Shown here: positions 31,947 through 46,900 of the stretch, one piece after another
Position numbering within the stretch: the stretch's first letter is position 1
How the letters are laid out: every line of letters begins with the position of its first letter
Assembly (NCBI GenBank): GCA_964349125.1
Contig: CAYGFH010000002.1
Span: 174,484-238,483, forward strand
Source: an uncultured Gammaproteobacteria bacterium
Lineage (GTDB): Bacteria; Patescibacteriota; Microgenomatia; UBA10105; UBA927
Direction of reading: 5' to 3'
Length of the DNA: 64,000 nt
Made by a program: the position numbers and the translations under genes
Notes under the pieces: generated by a model
What the model was told of the DNA's origin: nothing
Database searches by the model: none
The model's input: only the letters and a program-made list of their open reading frames with translations

Positions 31947-34900
31947 TTACACCGCGCAGTAATTTGGAGTATCTTTAAACGCCCGATATATACCCATCAA
32001 GCCGTTGGCAACCAAAGCCTTCACACCGTTTCTGAGGATTGTTATAAACGCATTTGCACTCTTTACAATCCCACCCCAGAAATCTTGCATAGCGGTCATT
32101 ACAGTGCCTGATTGTGCCCCTTCTGATACGGGTTGGATCTCTTCTATAATCGGCATGATGTCTGATCCCTTGATATCCTGCCTACCTCGCAGACTCCATA
32201 CGGTTATCGTCGCAGTATTGCCGAATATTATCTTGTCAGAACCGTTGAAAAAATGAGGCAGTATACTTCCCTTTTCAAAAAATATACCTGAGGATGGCAT
32301 TTCTCCAAGCTTGTTTCCATCCGGAGAATAATATGGTTTTCCTGAGTATAGATAAATACAACCTGTATTTGATTGAGCAAACACAGTAGAGAGCAATCGG
32401 AACGAAACCCTTGGTGTCGTGCACGAATCCACAGTTGCTGATGATTTTAGTGTAGTGGTTGATAAGTGTTTAAACGTGATTTTTATTGTAGGCAAGATAT
32501 TTTTTCTTACTACGGGGTCTTTTTCCTGTTCCAGTGATATGAGGACAGGATACTCATTTGAACCTGCTACATCCAGTCCAATATGTATTGTCGGCTTTTT
32601 GCCGATAGTATCGTTTATCTTTACTATTGCGTCACGAAGCAGTTGTTTTATCGATGCATCAGTATTGTCTGTGGCAAACACATACTCCCCCACTTCATTC
32701 ATGGAGTACCAATACTTCACAGCCTGTGCCCCTGTCCGCTTCTCAAAAGATCGTATATGCAATAATGCTCGGTTCACAAAGTTATCAATACGGCGTTCAC
32801 GTTCCGCCGGGTTTGCAGGTGTTGAATCAAGTGTCTCGTTTACAAATGTCATATTTGTAGCTCCACCAGGCACTATCGAATTAGTTCCGGAAGGCCGCAG
32901 CATCGCCAAAGCTATGTCTTGAGCTTGAGAAGGCGCGTACAGCAGTGCTCGGGTTACTGCTTCCTGCGGATCCTCAACTCCCGCAACTGTTGCAAATATT
33001 TTTTTCAACTCATCAGCCAAACGAGATGATAATGATGGGGACGCAATGGCAAACCATGCATTAGACATTTGAACCTTTCTCACACGCACGGCTTCAGCAG
33101 GCTCCCCTTTTTCACTCACAGGCGGTTGTACGCGTTGTACACCCTGACGATCAACACGCAGCAAACCTGTTTCACCCGGCTGATACCCGATTTCTATGGT
33201 TATGACTGTCGGTGATGATGCCAATGGATCAGGATATGTTGCTATAATTTTTATATCATCCAGCATTCCTCGTATATCTGGATCCGCAGCAGTATCAATA
33301 CGGTATTGTAATTCTATTATGCGCTGTGCGATAAGAGGTGTTCCACCGGCATCTGATTTACGGGATTCTGTAAGTAAATGAAAATAGTAATTTTCGACCA
33401 CATATTCCAGGATAGATTCAGGAATAATGCCATTTTCTCTAATTTTGTCCGCATTCGGTATCGTCATTACCAGAGAAATACTGTTTTCGGGGTCAGAGAG
33501 TAATAACGTCTCGTCCGTAATAGAAATTGTTACACCGGGAATTTTATCCAATGAAACGACCTGCGTCTTTTCGGATTTTGGCAACAGAGCACCAGATACC
33601 GGATATGTGCTGGGATCCGACGAGATTGCCTCATTTTCAGCTTCAGCCTGCATTGATGATGCGTCTAGGTTTGCACTCTGCAGCGCGGATGACCCTTCGA
33701 ATATAAGTTCTATTTTGTTACCGTACCGGGTCATTCTGCCTATCGGTACACCCTGATACGAGACGATGAACGGTGCTTCACCGCTTACTATATCAAAGTC
33801 TTTTCCTGCCGCAAGCGCCACCAATGGTATCGCTGTGGAATCCCGCGGTACCTCCCGTTGGATCATCAGAAGCTGGTATGGTATTTCCGGATGATACCGA
33901 GAAATGACACGTTTCAAGTTCGTCTGGGTGGTATTGGAGACGCTCAGATAGGCTGTTCGTGTAGGCTGATTGAGATAATCCCCATCACTGGGAATTCCGC
34001 TGACAATGCCTCTTGGACGGATTTGCGCCCCTGTTTTCGTGTGTTCAAATACGATACCAGAGCTGCTATCCACTCTCACTCTATACTGATCGGAATCGCC
34101 AAAGGAAATTGTATCTCCGGGAAATAGCGTGACAGCGCTGTTCACGATCTGTCCATTTATCGCCACCGGCTGTGTCTCAGTGCCGGTTTTCTGGATAACA
34201 ATATTTATTTTCCCTGATGCGTCCATTCGGTTTACAACATACAATGGCAGAGCTTTTAGATCGCTTATTGTTTCGGTTTCAGCGATCGGATCAACAGTGA
34301 TCAATGTATGTGCTGTCTTTGGTATGGCAAATAGCGCAGGCCAGGGCCTGTCATGAACATATGGACCGGTATATACACTTGCGAGACGTTCGAGCTGCCA
34401 TAAGATCCATTCACCAGCTCGTTGGTACCACGGAATCGGTGTCGGCCACTCAAACGATTCTCCATTTTTCACCAGATTATAGTACTTGGCAAAAGCTTCC
34501 CGGGTACGTGCCGCGATTTCCGGATTTCCGAAACCATTGGATGTAATAAATGCTGTTCCATTCGTTGTATCGGTCATTATTGCCATGTTAAAGGCATAAT
34601 CACCGGTCTGATTGATAGTGGTTAACCCGTGCGGAACTCCATCGTACTTGTCACTAATATTTGTCAGGAGCGGTCCTCTCAAAATTCCTTGGGTGCCGTT
34701 AATAAACGGCGAAGCCATCACAATATTGGTAAAGAACCACTCCATCCACGATGGTATCTTCCCTCGATATGCTGTATATATCCTCTGTAAGAGGCTTTTT
34801 CCGGCTCTCCCTTCAGTGATCAAATTCTGAAGTTCCTGTCTGGAAACTTGTCGAAGGGCAGAAATAGCGACCGGAACCACCTGACCGTTTTTCGTCAGCG

Positions 34901-37900
34901 TCAATTTATTGTCTTTATCCAGACCCGGTACTCCCACCATGGTAGACACGGCGGTTCTCCCGCCGATCCTGGACGCTGCGGCCATCGCAATTGTTGCCGC
35001 ATAAAAGTCAATTGCTCCTCCGGGAACCTCGTCTATGAAAATGGTATTTTTATACCGTGTATCATCCTGGATATATGGTCTATTTCGAAGCGTAGAGATA
35101 TCCCCCACAACGCCGAGCGCAGATTTGAGATCTCGCATCATTCTGTTTGCATAATACCCATGAGCGATGATATGGTCATTGGCCACCATTGGCCAACCCT
35201 TCGCATCTTTTCCTACCACTATCGGCGCACCAGTCCTCGCGACCCAATCGCGCTGGGCTTCCCCCTGGGTTGAAGGATCGTCCCAATACGCAAATGATAT
35301 ATGCTTTGGTGCTTTTGTGGATGCTACTGCAGAGGATAATTCAGCCCGTATATAGGCATCTAATTGTGATTGGATGCTCACGAGTGATTCAGGTGTGGCG
35401 GCATCAAATGATTCGAATAACTTCGTTAACATCGAATATGGTATATTCACCGTTTTCCAGGATTTGGTGGATTTTGCATATACTCCAACAACGACATTTT
35501 GTTCTGTTTTCTTTGATACCGGCGGATGACCTTTTTGCGTAAAGTCCATGTTCAATATCCATTGCTGGGGGAATTCATGCAGATACATATCTTGTGAGAA
35601 TCCGAGTGTCACCAGGGCAGAAAGTGCCCTTGACGGCTCTATATTCACATCATCCTGTGCCACAAATTCTGTAATTACTCTGTCTGCTGTGCGACCAATC
35701 AAAGGTGGGGTAGCTGCGTTCATTTCGGCTTCGAACCCATTCATCTCAGTGTCATCTATCCGGTTAGCATTTAGCTTATATTTACTTTTTCCAAATAACC
35801 GCTCAAGAACGGGCATTAAAAATCGCTCCAATTTTGTAACACTCCCTTTATGATGATTATCTATCTGATACGCTATTGACCAGTTGTCATTTTCCTTATC
35901 CCCAAGGACCATATCAAGCGCTTTATCCTCACTAGATTCAGATGTCAAAATCGCGCGCATGAATACGTCCGTATACTCCTGAGGAGATTCAGTATTCGGA
36001 TTGAATTGCTTTACAAGTGAAGGTGTATCCCGAAGTAATTCTCTAAACCAACTCCACTTCCATGGCTCCACCTCCTGAAAATTATTTGTGAGCGCTTTTC
36101 GAATCTGCTGCCTGGTGCGAAGACCTATTTCATCGTCCAGTGTGGCTTTTACATCTAAAAATGTCTCCAACAACGGACGGCCATCCTCAGTCGGAATCGG
36201 CTGCATAGCTACAACAGGAATACGCAGGTAAGATCGTTCTGAACCGGATGGAGTGTATGCCTTGGCAGAATTGCCGAACACCGATTGCAGATGCGTGGAA
36301 ACCTCATTTTTATTAAATGGAAACGTTGACTGTGCAAACAGGTAGAATTCACTCGTTCCGGGAGGATGATAGATTATAATATTTTTGAATAACAGTTTTC
36401 TGGTGGCAACATCGTTTATTTTGCGCAGCATATCTTTCAACATTTCATCCGCCACTTTTTTGGATTCGTGCGTATACGCTAACCCTAGAGACGGATCATC
36501 TATACGAATTACAGACACCTTCTCAAATGTGCGAACCGCATCTTCAAGGGCATCAGACGCGTCAGGATACACGGTATAGGAGTATGATGGATCATCCGCA
36601 AATTTCTGATTTTCTTTTTCTATCTCAAGAGAGGTTTCCACAACCGCATCTTCAACAACCAAGTGAACCAATAGCGAACGAATTCTGTCAATAAACTCAG
36701 GACCTGCTGCCGGTAGTGCATCCTCTTCTATTACACCCCGAAGCAGAGTATCCAAAGAACCATAGTGTGTCACCAGATTTTTATACAACGGATTATTTGC
36801 TGGGATTTGTACGGCTCCATCCTTTGTAAGCAACCCGCGCTCGTACTGTTCGGGGGCAAAGAGCGCCGTCAAAAATTCATCCGGCTCCGTGATAATTGGC
36901 TGAACAGGTGATATCGCTATACCTGATTTACCCGGGAGTACAGCATCCAGATTTTTATATTCTGTTTTATTAAATAATTTTTCCAACTCCGGATAGGTGA
37001 ACGATTCATCAAACGAAACAATTGCATATCTATTTGCAGAAACTCTCACGACCTCAAAATTTGTGAGGGCACCTTTATTTTCCTTCAATACCTTTTGCAT
37101 TACGTATGCCCGGGCACGGAGAACCAACTGAGATTCCGGGCTATTTCCGCTTACAGCCAATCCGTCTAACTCGCGCAGATATACTGTTCCTATAAGCTTT
37201 CCTCCTAACCCGGAAAGCATTGAGATGGCATCCTGTCCCCAAATGCGCTGCTGTGAACGTACCGTATACTCCTGTTCAAGTTTTTTTATAATACTCACGT
37301 CTGTATTCTGACTGAGTTCAATATTCGGCAATTCAACCATTTCATCATGGTCCAATAGACTGCGCTTAAAGAATATAAAGATCTCTTGCAGAGATTTTGA
37401 TTCGACTAACGTTCTGGCTGCAGCATCATATAGTCGTTTGTTACTTGATTCGCTCAGACCCAGGACACGCAGGAATATCTTTGAAATTTCATAATCCCGG
37501 GCTCGTTCGTACGATGAAACCAGTCGTTTTGAAGAAATACGGGTAGTTTGGCCGGATGATGCGGATTCATCTTTTACGACTGTCGGAGCGCTCATAGGAG
37601 ATATATGCGAAGACGTTCTGTTCGTCGTATACATGCCGGGCTCTATATTTGCAGTATATAGGTCTGCCGGAGACGTACTAATTGTCCCCACCTGTTGATC
37701 CCCGACTATGATTTCCAACGATTGTGTGGTATCAAATGCTGCAAGTATTGCTTTGAAATCCGTGTGCGAAGTATAGAGTGAAAGCCGCCGTTCTATGGCA
37801 TCACCACCCGCTTTTGGCATTCCTTTTAGCATCACGCTGTCCCCCTCTGCAGCCAGCGCCAGTTTACCCCGCATGCGGTAGTAGTTTTCGGCTTCCACGT

Positions 37901-40900
37901 TCAGAGCTTCTGTCCATTCCCCGGATGTAGGCACCTGTTTTTTTGGGTATTCGACAGGTTGGACCCTACCAACAGGTTCAAACCCTATCTCACTGGAAGC
38001 ATCGTGTGATACCGTCACGATATATTGATGTGCAGCTGCATCATGCGGCGCTCGTTCGAAGGTGAGTACATCACCAGGTCGGATTTGATAGGCAACTTCG
38101 TTTCTCAAGAGTTCTGACCCAATGTAGACACTTTGTGTAAATTCTTTTGGCAGACGGAGCCACATGGCGTCACCTGAAACCCCCATGTATACATATCCCC
38201 CATTGATCACTGATGGATCTGGAAGGCCATCCGAAGGAGTAGCGATCTGGTTTGCTACAGAGGTAAATCTCACGACTTCGTCGGGCGCATCTTGCGTAAA
38301 CCTGAATCCGTTAAAACTTTTTGTGAATGTGTCTGTGACAACATCATGATCCAAAGCCACTTCTACTGCTTTTCCATCAACAGTATAGGTAGCCTTCGTT
38401 ATGCTCATTTTTTCCAAAATTTCAGTAAATTTGGTTCGCAGCTGCAAGCCCACAGATATATCCGTTTTATTTGTTTCCACTGCTTGAGGATTGATGTCTT
38501 TTGTCAGATTGAAAAATTCCATAATCTGAGCAATTCGATTATTTGTGGATGTATCCAGCTTAAATAATGTCCCAATCACACTGTCCTCAAACGCGATAAA
38601 GTGAGATTTATATTCAGGAGACACGAAGTCATTGAGTACCTGTTCTCTAGCCTGCTTCCAGTATGTGCCATCTGTATCAGGAGTTTTACCAGCTTCCTGC
38701 AGCTCATACGCGCGACGAGCTATCATGAAAGTAATGGAGAGCGCTTCATTTGCCTCGCGGGTAAGCCAAGGCTCATACCTCGTTGTCATACTGTGACCAA
38801 ATTCATGCGCCACAAGATCGTCAAGAAACGCCTGTATTTTTTCGTCAGATTTTGCGAGCACAGCTGCACTCGCACGAAGAACAACCATATCAAAATCATG
38901 GTCATAAAATCCGGGGATTGTTTGGGTATACTCCGTAATCTGAGAATCTGTAGGATTTACCACACCATCAAGCCGCAGTTTTCTTCTGGCAAATGCACGA
39001 AGTTCCCGGTCAAACGATACATCATCAAGCACAGCAACTGTCCGCTGCAATACAGTGCTGTCCGATGGGACACGTGCAGCTTTGGCAAACGCAACGACTT
39101 TATCGACAGATTGCTGCACTATGCTACGCTCCAACACTTCCTGCTGAGTCAGCCACCGCAGCAGTGCCTCCTCGGTCTTTGATGATAAGACATTTCCGTT
39201 TCTTTCAATAGGATAATTATCAGGATCATAGATGTGTTGCCTGTAATACCCCTTGATTGAATGGTCAATTACCGCAGTATCAGGATCCGAAAGCGCGACG
39301 CTCTGCAGCGCAAACTTAGCCTGTATGAATGCGGGCGATTTACCGATATTCCGGATTGTCCTGTATGTTGGATAGAGAAACATCAAGAATTGATCCATGA
39401 GGTTTGCTTTTTCCCGCAATTGACCCGTCTTTTTGTCATATATTCGTCGATCGTTTATGACGGTTGACACATCTGAGACAATCTGCCCAACTGTGGCGCT
39501 CATTTTCATGAGTTTTACGGCTATGGAATCGTTGGCTTGCAATGGTGAAACTGCTTGCGATTGACTTCGTGCTACTCCCACTTCACTGTTCAATGTGGGT
39601 TGAACACCTACCTTGTTCATTGCGTCGATTATCACATTCCAATCTTCCGGCGGCGGATAATGACCGCTTGTCCTTCTGGTCATAAACGATGATCTATTCG
39701 GCAGCGGTGGCTCGATATTCTTCATATCCCATGCAAGCACAAACGTAAAAAAGCTGTTCAAAATATGATCAATACTTTTTGCTGTTTTTTCTTCCGAATC
39801 CGGCACTACCAGTTGTAATCTACCCTGATTTACCAGTTCACGCATCTGGGTTTTATACTTGAAAAGATCCTCAAGTGATGCAAGCATAACCAGATCCTTC
39901 CCGGCCATTTCCGGGTTCTTGCGTTCGGTAGCTGTGTGTACTGAGCGGGAGGTCACGATATGAAACCCGTCTGAATACACATCCAGATTGTCATATATGC
40001 GTCCGAGTAGACTGGTCCATTTCCCTTCATACCTCAGTACAGGCAGGCTTCCGATAGACATAAAGAATCGCCTCCAAGATGCCGGAAATACGGGATTATT
40101 AAATACTCTGGTTGCCCATTTGAGAAATTTATCCGCTCGTAAAGCGTTACCTTTGAGTTTTGTATCCGGATACAATAATGACAAATGATTGGGATTATTA
40201 TTTACAACAGACGCATCGCCTACGAAGCGCACATTTTTATACCGTTCATCTTTATATGTTTCAATACCAAACATTTCTACCGTGTAGGCACCGTAAGAAT
40301 GGCCTAGCATCAGTTCGATCTGTTCAGAATCTATGCCCAAGGCGGCGTTACCGATCTTTATCTGCCTGATCACATCCTGCACCACATATCGTCGACTCCC
40401 GCGAAGAATTGGAGGTTTCGCTTTATTTAACGCCCAATATGCTAATTTGCCAACATCTGTTACGTTATACCACCATGCCTGCAATCCGGTGATCCGTTTG
40501 TAATTCCCATCACTATCAAGCACGGGTTTTCCATCCTGCGTCGTCTCCACCACCCAGCTTTTCTTGCGCGCGGTTTGTTCTGCCCCACGAAGCGATTTGG
40601 CATCAGCAAATACAGGATTTTCTAGCGTAGATTCAGGAATGGCAAATTTCGAGAACAAGCGGAACACTTCCTTTGACGCATGGAATCCGTGGATAAAAAT
40701 GCGGACTTTCTTATTTTTATTTGCCAACATTACAGTTATTCTGTTTAGAAATTCCGGATGATCATTTTGTTGCAGACGTTGTAGCTCTAGGAGCGTTTCA
40801 GTCGGTAGTCGGATGGTAAGTAAATCAGCCGAATACTCTGCGCTGGGATCTTCAACATCAGATGAAATGGTTTCAAACTGAAAAATTCCGGCCCGAGGAT

Positions 40901-43900
40901 CAATAAACGCTGACTCTTGAACATAATATGCTCCTGGAGCAATTTGCATACTTACTGTCATCGTTTTTTTGGCTGCTTCTATGCGTTTTGCCGCGCCTTC
41001 TATTTGTGCATCGGCTTTGAGCTGTTCTTCACCGAGTCTCCTTTTTCGATAATCCAATAGCGCCCTTCCCACTAATCCCTTTTTTACACCAAAAAAATCT
41101 TTTTTCGTGAATTTCGATTCCACATCTGCATTCCAATACTCAGCGAGATTTGTCATATTTCTCTCTGTTAAGCCCAGTCGTTCCAGTACTATGCGCCCTC
41201 TTTGTGATGATGGATTCAGCAGTTCGTACACGGCCTTACTTTCATCGGACGTTGGTTCATGCCCTTGAGGGTCATTGGCAAAGTCTACAAATCGTCTGAT
41301 AATGTCCATAACCTGCGCATCCAGAGCGGGCTCATCCAAAGAATCAAACGCCCGTTGATAACCCACTTCCATATCTTCATGAGATGTCGCGCCTGGCTGT
41401 TGTTCGGATTGATCCAAAACAATAGGCTCAGCTGTAACCGTAACAGTTGCCAGACCTGTTCTCCCTATATATTTTTCACGCATATGTTCCGGGAGTTTTG
41501 ACAGAGAGAGCGCAATATTGCTATATGTGCTGTCGGGCACCAGGAGATACCATGCACTTGCCTCTGCGTCATACACCGCCGTTACATCAATATCTGGCAC
41601 AAGTGTGCGTAGATACTCAATGATTGTCTTAAACGCAGCACGCTGAGATTCATCTGACTTGCCATTTTGTGAGGTATCCTCCACACCAATGCGAACTGCT
41701 GTTACAAAATTATTATTTGCTTTGCGCCTGACGTACGAAATAGCATCTGCCCCGGTATGAAATACCCGAACTTTCGGCAGTCCCTGCTCCATAGATGAGT
41801 TAACAGTCAGTTGTGAAATCCGATCTACAATTTTCTTACGAACAGCATCAACATCGACCTTGGGGTTCGTTCCGGAAGCCATTTCGATTAATGGCAGGAT
41901 TGCTGCCTGTATATCCGGCGGAAACGTCGTATAAAAATCACTTACTCTTCCTATGAGAGATGTATTGGATCTCACAAGAGGGCTTGTCTGCGATGTCTCA
42001 AACTCTCTTTTATTTTTTATCGCAAATTGCAACTCCCTATTTACCCGTCTTCCATCTATGATAGCCGGAACTTGTAATCCATTTCTAAAGAATGTTCCTC
42101 CGAGGTATTTTCTTAATGCTGCGCTCACATCAGTCGGAATTTGCGTATCGCTGGCATTGTCAGATAATATAACGAACTCCACACTCGCAGGGCTCTGCCT
42201 CACTACGATTTGATAGGTGCTAGATGAACGGGTTGTACGTGCCAGTTCGGACTCTATGCGATGGGCTATCATACGTAACACCGTATCTCGAAGCATGGAA
42301 TTTTTTGGCATTGCAGCGACGATCTGATCAATGTTTTTTATAAGCAGACTGCCTACAACAGTCTGTCCCCCATCCCGAATCAAACCATCAAGAGCTACTT
42401 CATTAAACAATAAAGATTGTAATGCTTCTCGTGAATTTTTTGCTTCACGCATGAATGTGAACAACCGACCAGACTGATACCATGGGAAATGCGCACTGAC
42501 ATCTGATTCCTCTAGTACCTGCTCTGATGGATCGTTTAACGTATGATGTATTCTCGACGCCAAGCTGTTCAGGATAGATTGCACGGTCGAATCTCCAGTA
42601 GTACTTGGAAAAAGTGTTCTGAGGCTGGAAACTAATTCCGTCCCCAACCATTTTTCAGCCAGATCGCGTTGTTGGGAGGTGCTGACAAGCGGTGCTGACG
42701 GCGCTATGGGAGCATTCTGTGATGGCGCACTGACTGATTGCGTTGGCAGCCGTATTGCATCTCCCTGTCTTAAATTTTCATTTTTTTTTTGACGTATTGT
42801 CTCCGCCCGAGTTTCTATCGATGACAGTGTCTTTTCCATTGGAGCCAACACAGCATCTATGGTGTTTAATACTGCCTGTAGCGCTGCCCCCTGTGTGTCA
42901 CCGTTTCCTTCATATCCTAAGACCAGGAAATTCACAAACGATGCGCGATCATATGATCCTGACTTCACCGCAGTACCGATGGCGGTAAACAACGCATCGG
43001 GATTTATCCCAGACTCCAACAGCACATCATATCCGATAGCCGAAAAAATCATTTGCTGTTTCTCGCCTACTCCAATATTTGTTGCTGTGACGATATCTCG
43101 TGCATCTTGCAACCGACGCTTCAAAGTAAAAAACGATTCTCTAATGAGTGCAATTTTATCCGGTATCTGCTCTACAGGGATTTTCTCGAGGTCTGGAATA
43201 AATGTCGCCGGGAAAATCCATGGAGTACCGCCCTGAAATCCTTCTTTTAAGGCTGCTTCTATATCGCTTTTTGCGAGCGTGGATTGGTTTTGATTCAAGA
43301 GCAGGGCGCTATCGGGAGTAATTGCCTGCGCCACTTTTTGTCCAAACCCTTCCATATTACCCTCGTACTCGGGTGTGAATTCAATAACAGGTACGTTTCC
43401 CGCATTCGCTTTAATTCGGGCAATCTGTGCTTCAGGCAGACTATTAGCAACCACTATGGCATCAAGTGTTTGCAAATACGCCAAATCCCTATCCGCAATT
43501 GCCAGTGTCGTACTTGCATTCGCGCCGTCAAACTGGAGGCTTTGGACAATTCCTGAACCATGAACTGAAGCCGGATCTACAACCAGAATTTTTTTGTTTG
43601 CCAACAGCCCACTAGACACGGGTATTGCTTCAGCCTGGTTACCAGGAATCGTCGAGTCCTCCAAATCCGCCTCATCACCGGCATTTTTATATGCATTCGT
43701 TGTATAGTACGAGGCATCTGAAAAATTACTGCTAAACTTTGATCCGAACTTTCCATCGCCGAATGTTGCATTATACGCACGTTCAAATGGCGTGATATCT
43801 CCGGACAGTGCTGCGTCAAAAAATAGCGACCACACCTCTTGTTCGCCCAGTTTCGAACTGGCTGCCAAGCGAATAACTTGCTGGATCAATTGAATTGTTC

Positions 43901-46900
43901 CGCGTTGGTATACGCTCGCTATATCAATAACAGCATCGTTCAGATATCGTTCTACATCCGATATTTTTGGACGCTGTGTTCCGGTTTGAAATATGGTCAA
44001 TTTTTTCCCTTTTTGTTGTGCTATCGCGATATACACCATCGCCTCATCCAGAATCTCTTTATATGTTGGATTATTTCCGGGATAACGCTGCGACGATGTT
44101 CCTTTTTGCGGTATATGGAGCCTCTCATGTAAAAATACGTGAATTAAGGCAGCTATCTGCTTTTCCTGTGACATTTTCGCTATTTCTGTATAGTTTATAA
44201 ACAATTCGGATACATCATCATCAGCATGTCTATGCAATCCGGTAAAGCCATCCGAGTACAGCTTTTTTGCCAATTCATTACTTACTGGATTTATGACCAC
44301 ACCCTTAAGATACTTTTCTCGTTCTTTGAGCGTGACCGCTGTGGAGGGTGGTTTTTCAAATAAGGATGAACGACTCTTACCGGTAAGACTTTCCACTGCA
44401 TCACCGAGTGAGTCAACTAACGCATCTGTATTGTTTAGCAACGATTTCTTGCCTGCAAATTCGGTTAAAGTGTCAATTGCAGCCAGTGTATGTCCGAGAA
44501 GCAAGTATATTTCTCCTTCACTGAGCTGATCAATTTTCTTTATCCCTTTCCCTTTATAATCTGATGTTCTTGTTATCAAACTATCTATTCTTGTTCTCAT
44601 CCCAATATCAAATACGGGGAGGACATGTTCTCCCATATCCAAACGGCCTATGACATATCGATAGGTTCGGTCAAGCCGCGTGAGCTTGTCTTTTTTGACC
44701 ACTCCAGAAAGCATTTTTTTTGCGTCATCTATAGAAATACTTCCAGCCTGATTATTATTTTCCTCTCGCACTTTTCTGACTTCCTCCGACAATATTTTAC
44801 GCAAACCGGACTGGGTATCCGCGCGCTGAAGTGTAAGTTCTTGCCTGTTTCTACTCAATTGCGCAACTATGCTCACACCGTTTGTGAGCGTAATTATTGA
44901 CTTATTATAAAGTGTGGTTACCTTTGCTTTTGTCTTTATCTTTTTCCCATCCACCAAAATTCCATTAGTAGATACGTCACGTACATACCACACACCGTCA
45001 TTGACAAATATTTCTAGGTGCCGTGCATCTATCGTTTGATCGTTGCCGTCCAATATTATATTGCTCACGTTTGCAGAAGAACCCAATGAGGCTATAGTCG
45101 ACCGGACATCGTTTTTATTTAACTTCGTTGTTGCGCCGTCTGTTAATATTTTTGTAGCTGTATCTTGTGAATATGAACGGATACTACCTGCTGACCCAAA
45201 AAATGCAACCTCTTTTCCACTCTTCTCATCTATCAACTGCATCCCACTGGATCCCTTGCTCACAATAAACGATGTGCCCCCAATGGTAAGTACATCCCGA
45301 TCGTTTAATAGCGTTTCTGAATTATACGCTTTTACAACAAGATTTATGTCGATCTGTGATTCTGTACTGACGTTTTTCACATACCAGTTTCCGTCTGCTT
45401 TTCGTACTATATTTACGCTCACAGCAGCTATATCAGTGTCCCCGCTGACTATGATGTCCGCTTGATTTCCTTTGCCGAGTGTAAATACGCTACGGATAGA
45501 GGGGTCTGCATACGTTTGCAACACGGATTCCCCGGTTTTATTCACGAACGCGTCTCTCCCATACCGCCCGATGAACGCAGGCGTCAACCGGATACCCGCT
45601 TCCTGCATAAATAGCGCAACGTCCGTGCGATAATCAAATGTAGTCTGATTCTTCGCACGACCGCTTATGATCCCTATATCTACAGCGTGGTCCTTTAATT
45701 TTTCTGCCTGTAAATCCTGTATGCCATACGACCACTGTTCTATATGCATAAGCGCTACGTTTCGCAACTGATCCATGGTCAATTTGGATATATCAGTGTT
45801 TCCAAGCATGAGTGTGCCTTTCAGATGCTGCGATGAATTTTCGAATCGTAACCCATTTTCGGGATCAAGCGTGTTTTTTCCTTCATCAACAAGCATACCT
45901 ACCCCTTCGGCAATTTCTTCTGCGTTCGATTTAGATAACTGAGAAATGACTTCCTCATATTTACCTGATTTCATCATTTCGATTGCCTGTTTTACATGAT
46001 TAATATATTTTTTCTCTCGTGCGTTCCATTTTGCAGACGAAAGCAGTGCTGGAAACGGATCTTTGAGCACCTTTGCCGAAGGCATAAGGGAGTCAATTTG
46101 AGCGTTCACGTCCGCAATCACAGCCCGTACCTGACTGACACCTCGTGCCAATCTGGCAATAGGCAGAACTGCCCCTTCCAGCGCATACCTGATATGCTCT
46201 AGTGCGCTCAGATTCCCCTGTGCTTTTTTGATCGCCTTCTCATAAAACTTCAACGACTGTTGTATGAATTTTGTTTGCGCCGTTCGTTTCGCGTCCCCTG
46301 TGAGGATCTGTCCCAATGTCTCTTCATTATATTTTGGAATATCCATCCCCAGATAATCCGTCAATTGCCCCATAGGCAGGAGATAGGTACTCATAGCTAA
46401 GATCTGTTCAGCGGAGGCACGAAGCGCTGCTTCTTTATTTTTGGGGAGCGATCCACCCATATACTCACCGTACGCAGCTTTTCCTGCTGCCATAAGCTCA
46501 TCTACTTGTACGCTTTGAATACCATTCAACACATCTGCCGGACCCGATTGCGCGCTAAACGATTGCTTCAGTGACTCCAGTAATTTTGCGTACATGGTCG
46601 CACCCATGATACTGTCGATTCCGTCGGCTGATATTTTTGTTTTGTTATCCAGCGCATCTACAGCCGCAGTTAACTTATCTACATCTGCTCCTGCGGATAC
46701 CACAGATGAGACCAATCTCACATTGAGCGATTCGATAAATTTGATGATTTGAGCAGGATCACTAGGTACATCAAACCCCAGATCAGAAAGTGCTATACCG
46801 ATCGCTTTGACATCTGCTGCATATGCGTCTGGGGCGATAATTCCGTTTGCGACTAAAGCCTGTATTTTTGAAAATATTCCTTTTTGATTCCCATCTGTTA

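Noticed and set aside
38690-38710. Apparent 1-nt frame discontinuity (cctgc|cagctc). My hand translation of gene A seemed to change phase here, with an in-frame tga at 38787-38789.
   Set aside because: The ORF track reports one uninterrupted 10,640 aa ORF whose length is divisible by 3 and whose ends I verified. The plus-strand shadow ORF 38601..39182 also reads through this point. Most likely a position-counting error on my part, not a frameshift. I record it only as something to re-check in read data.
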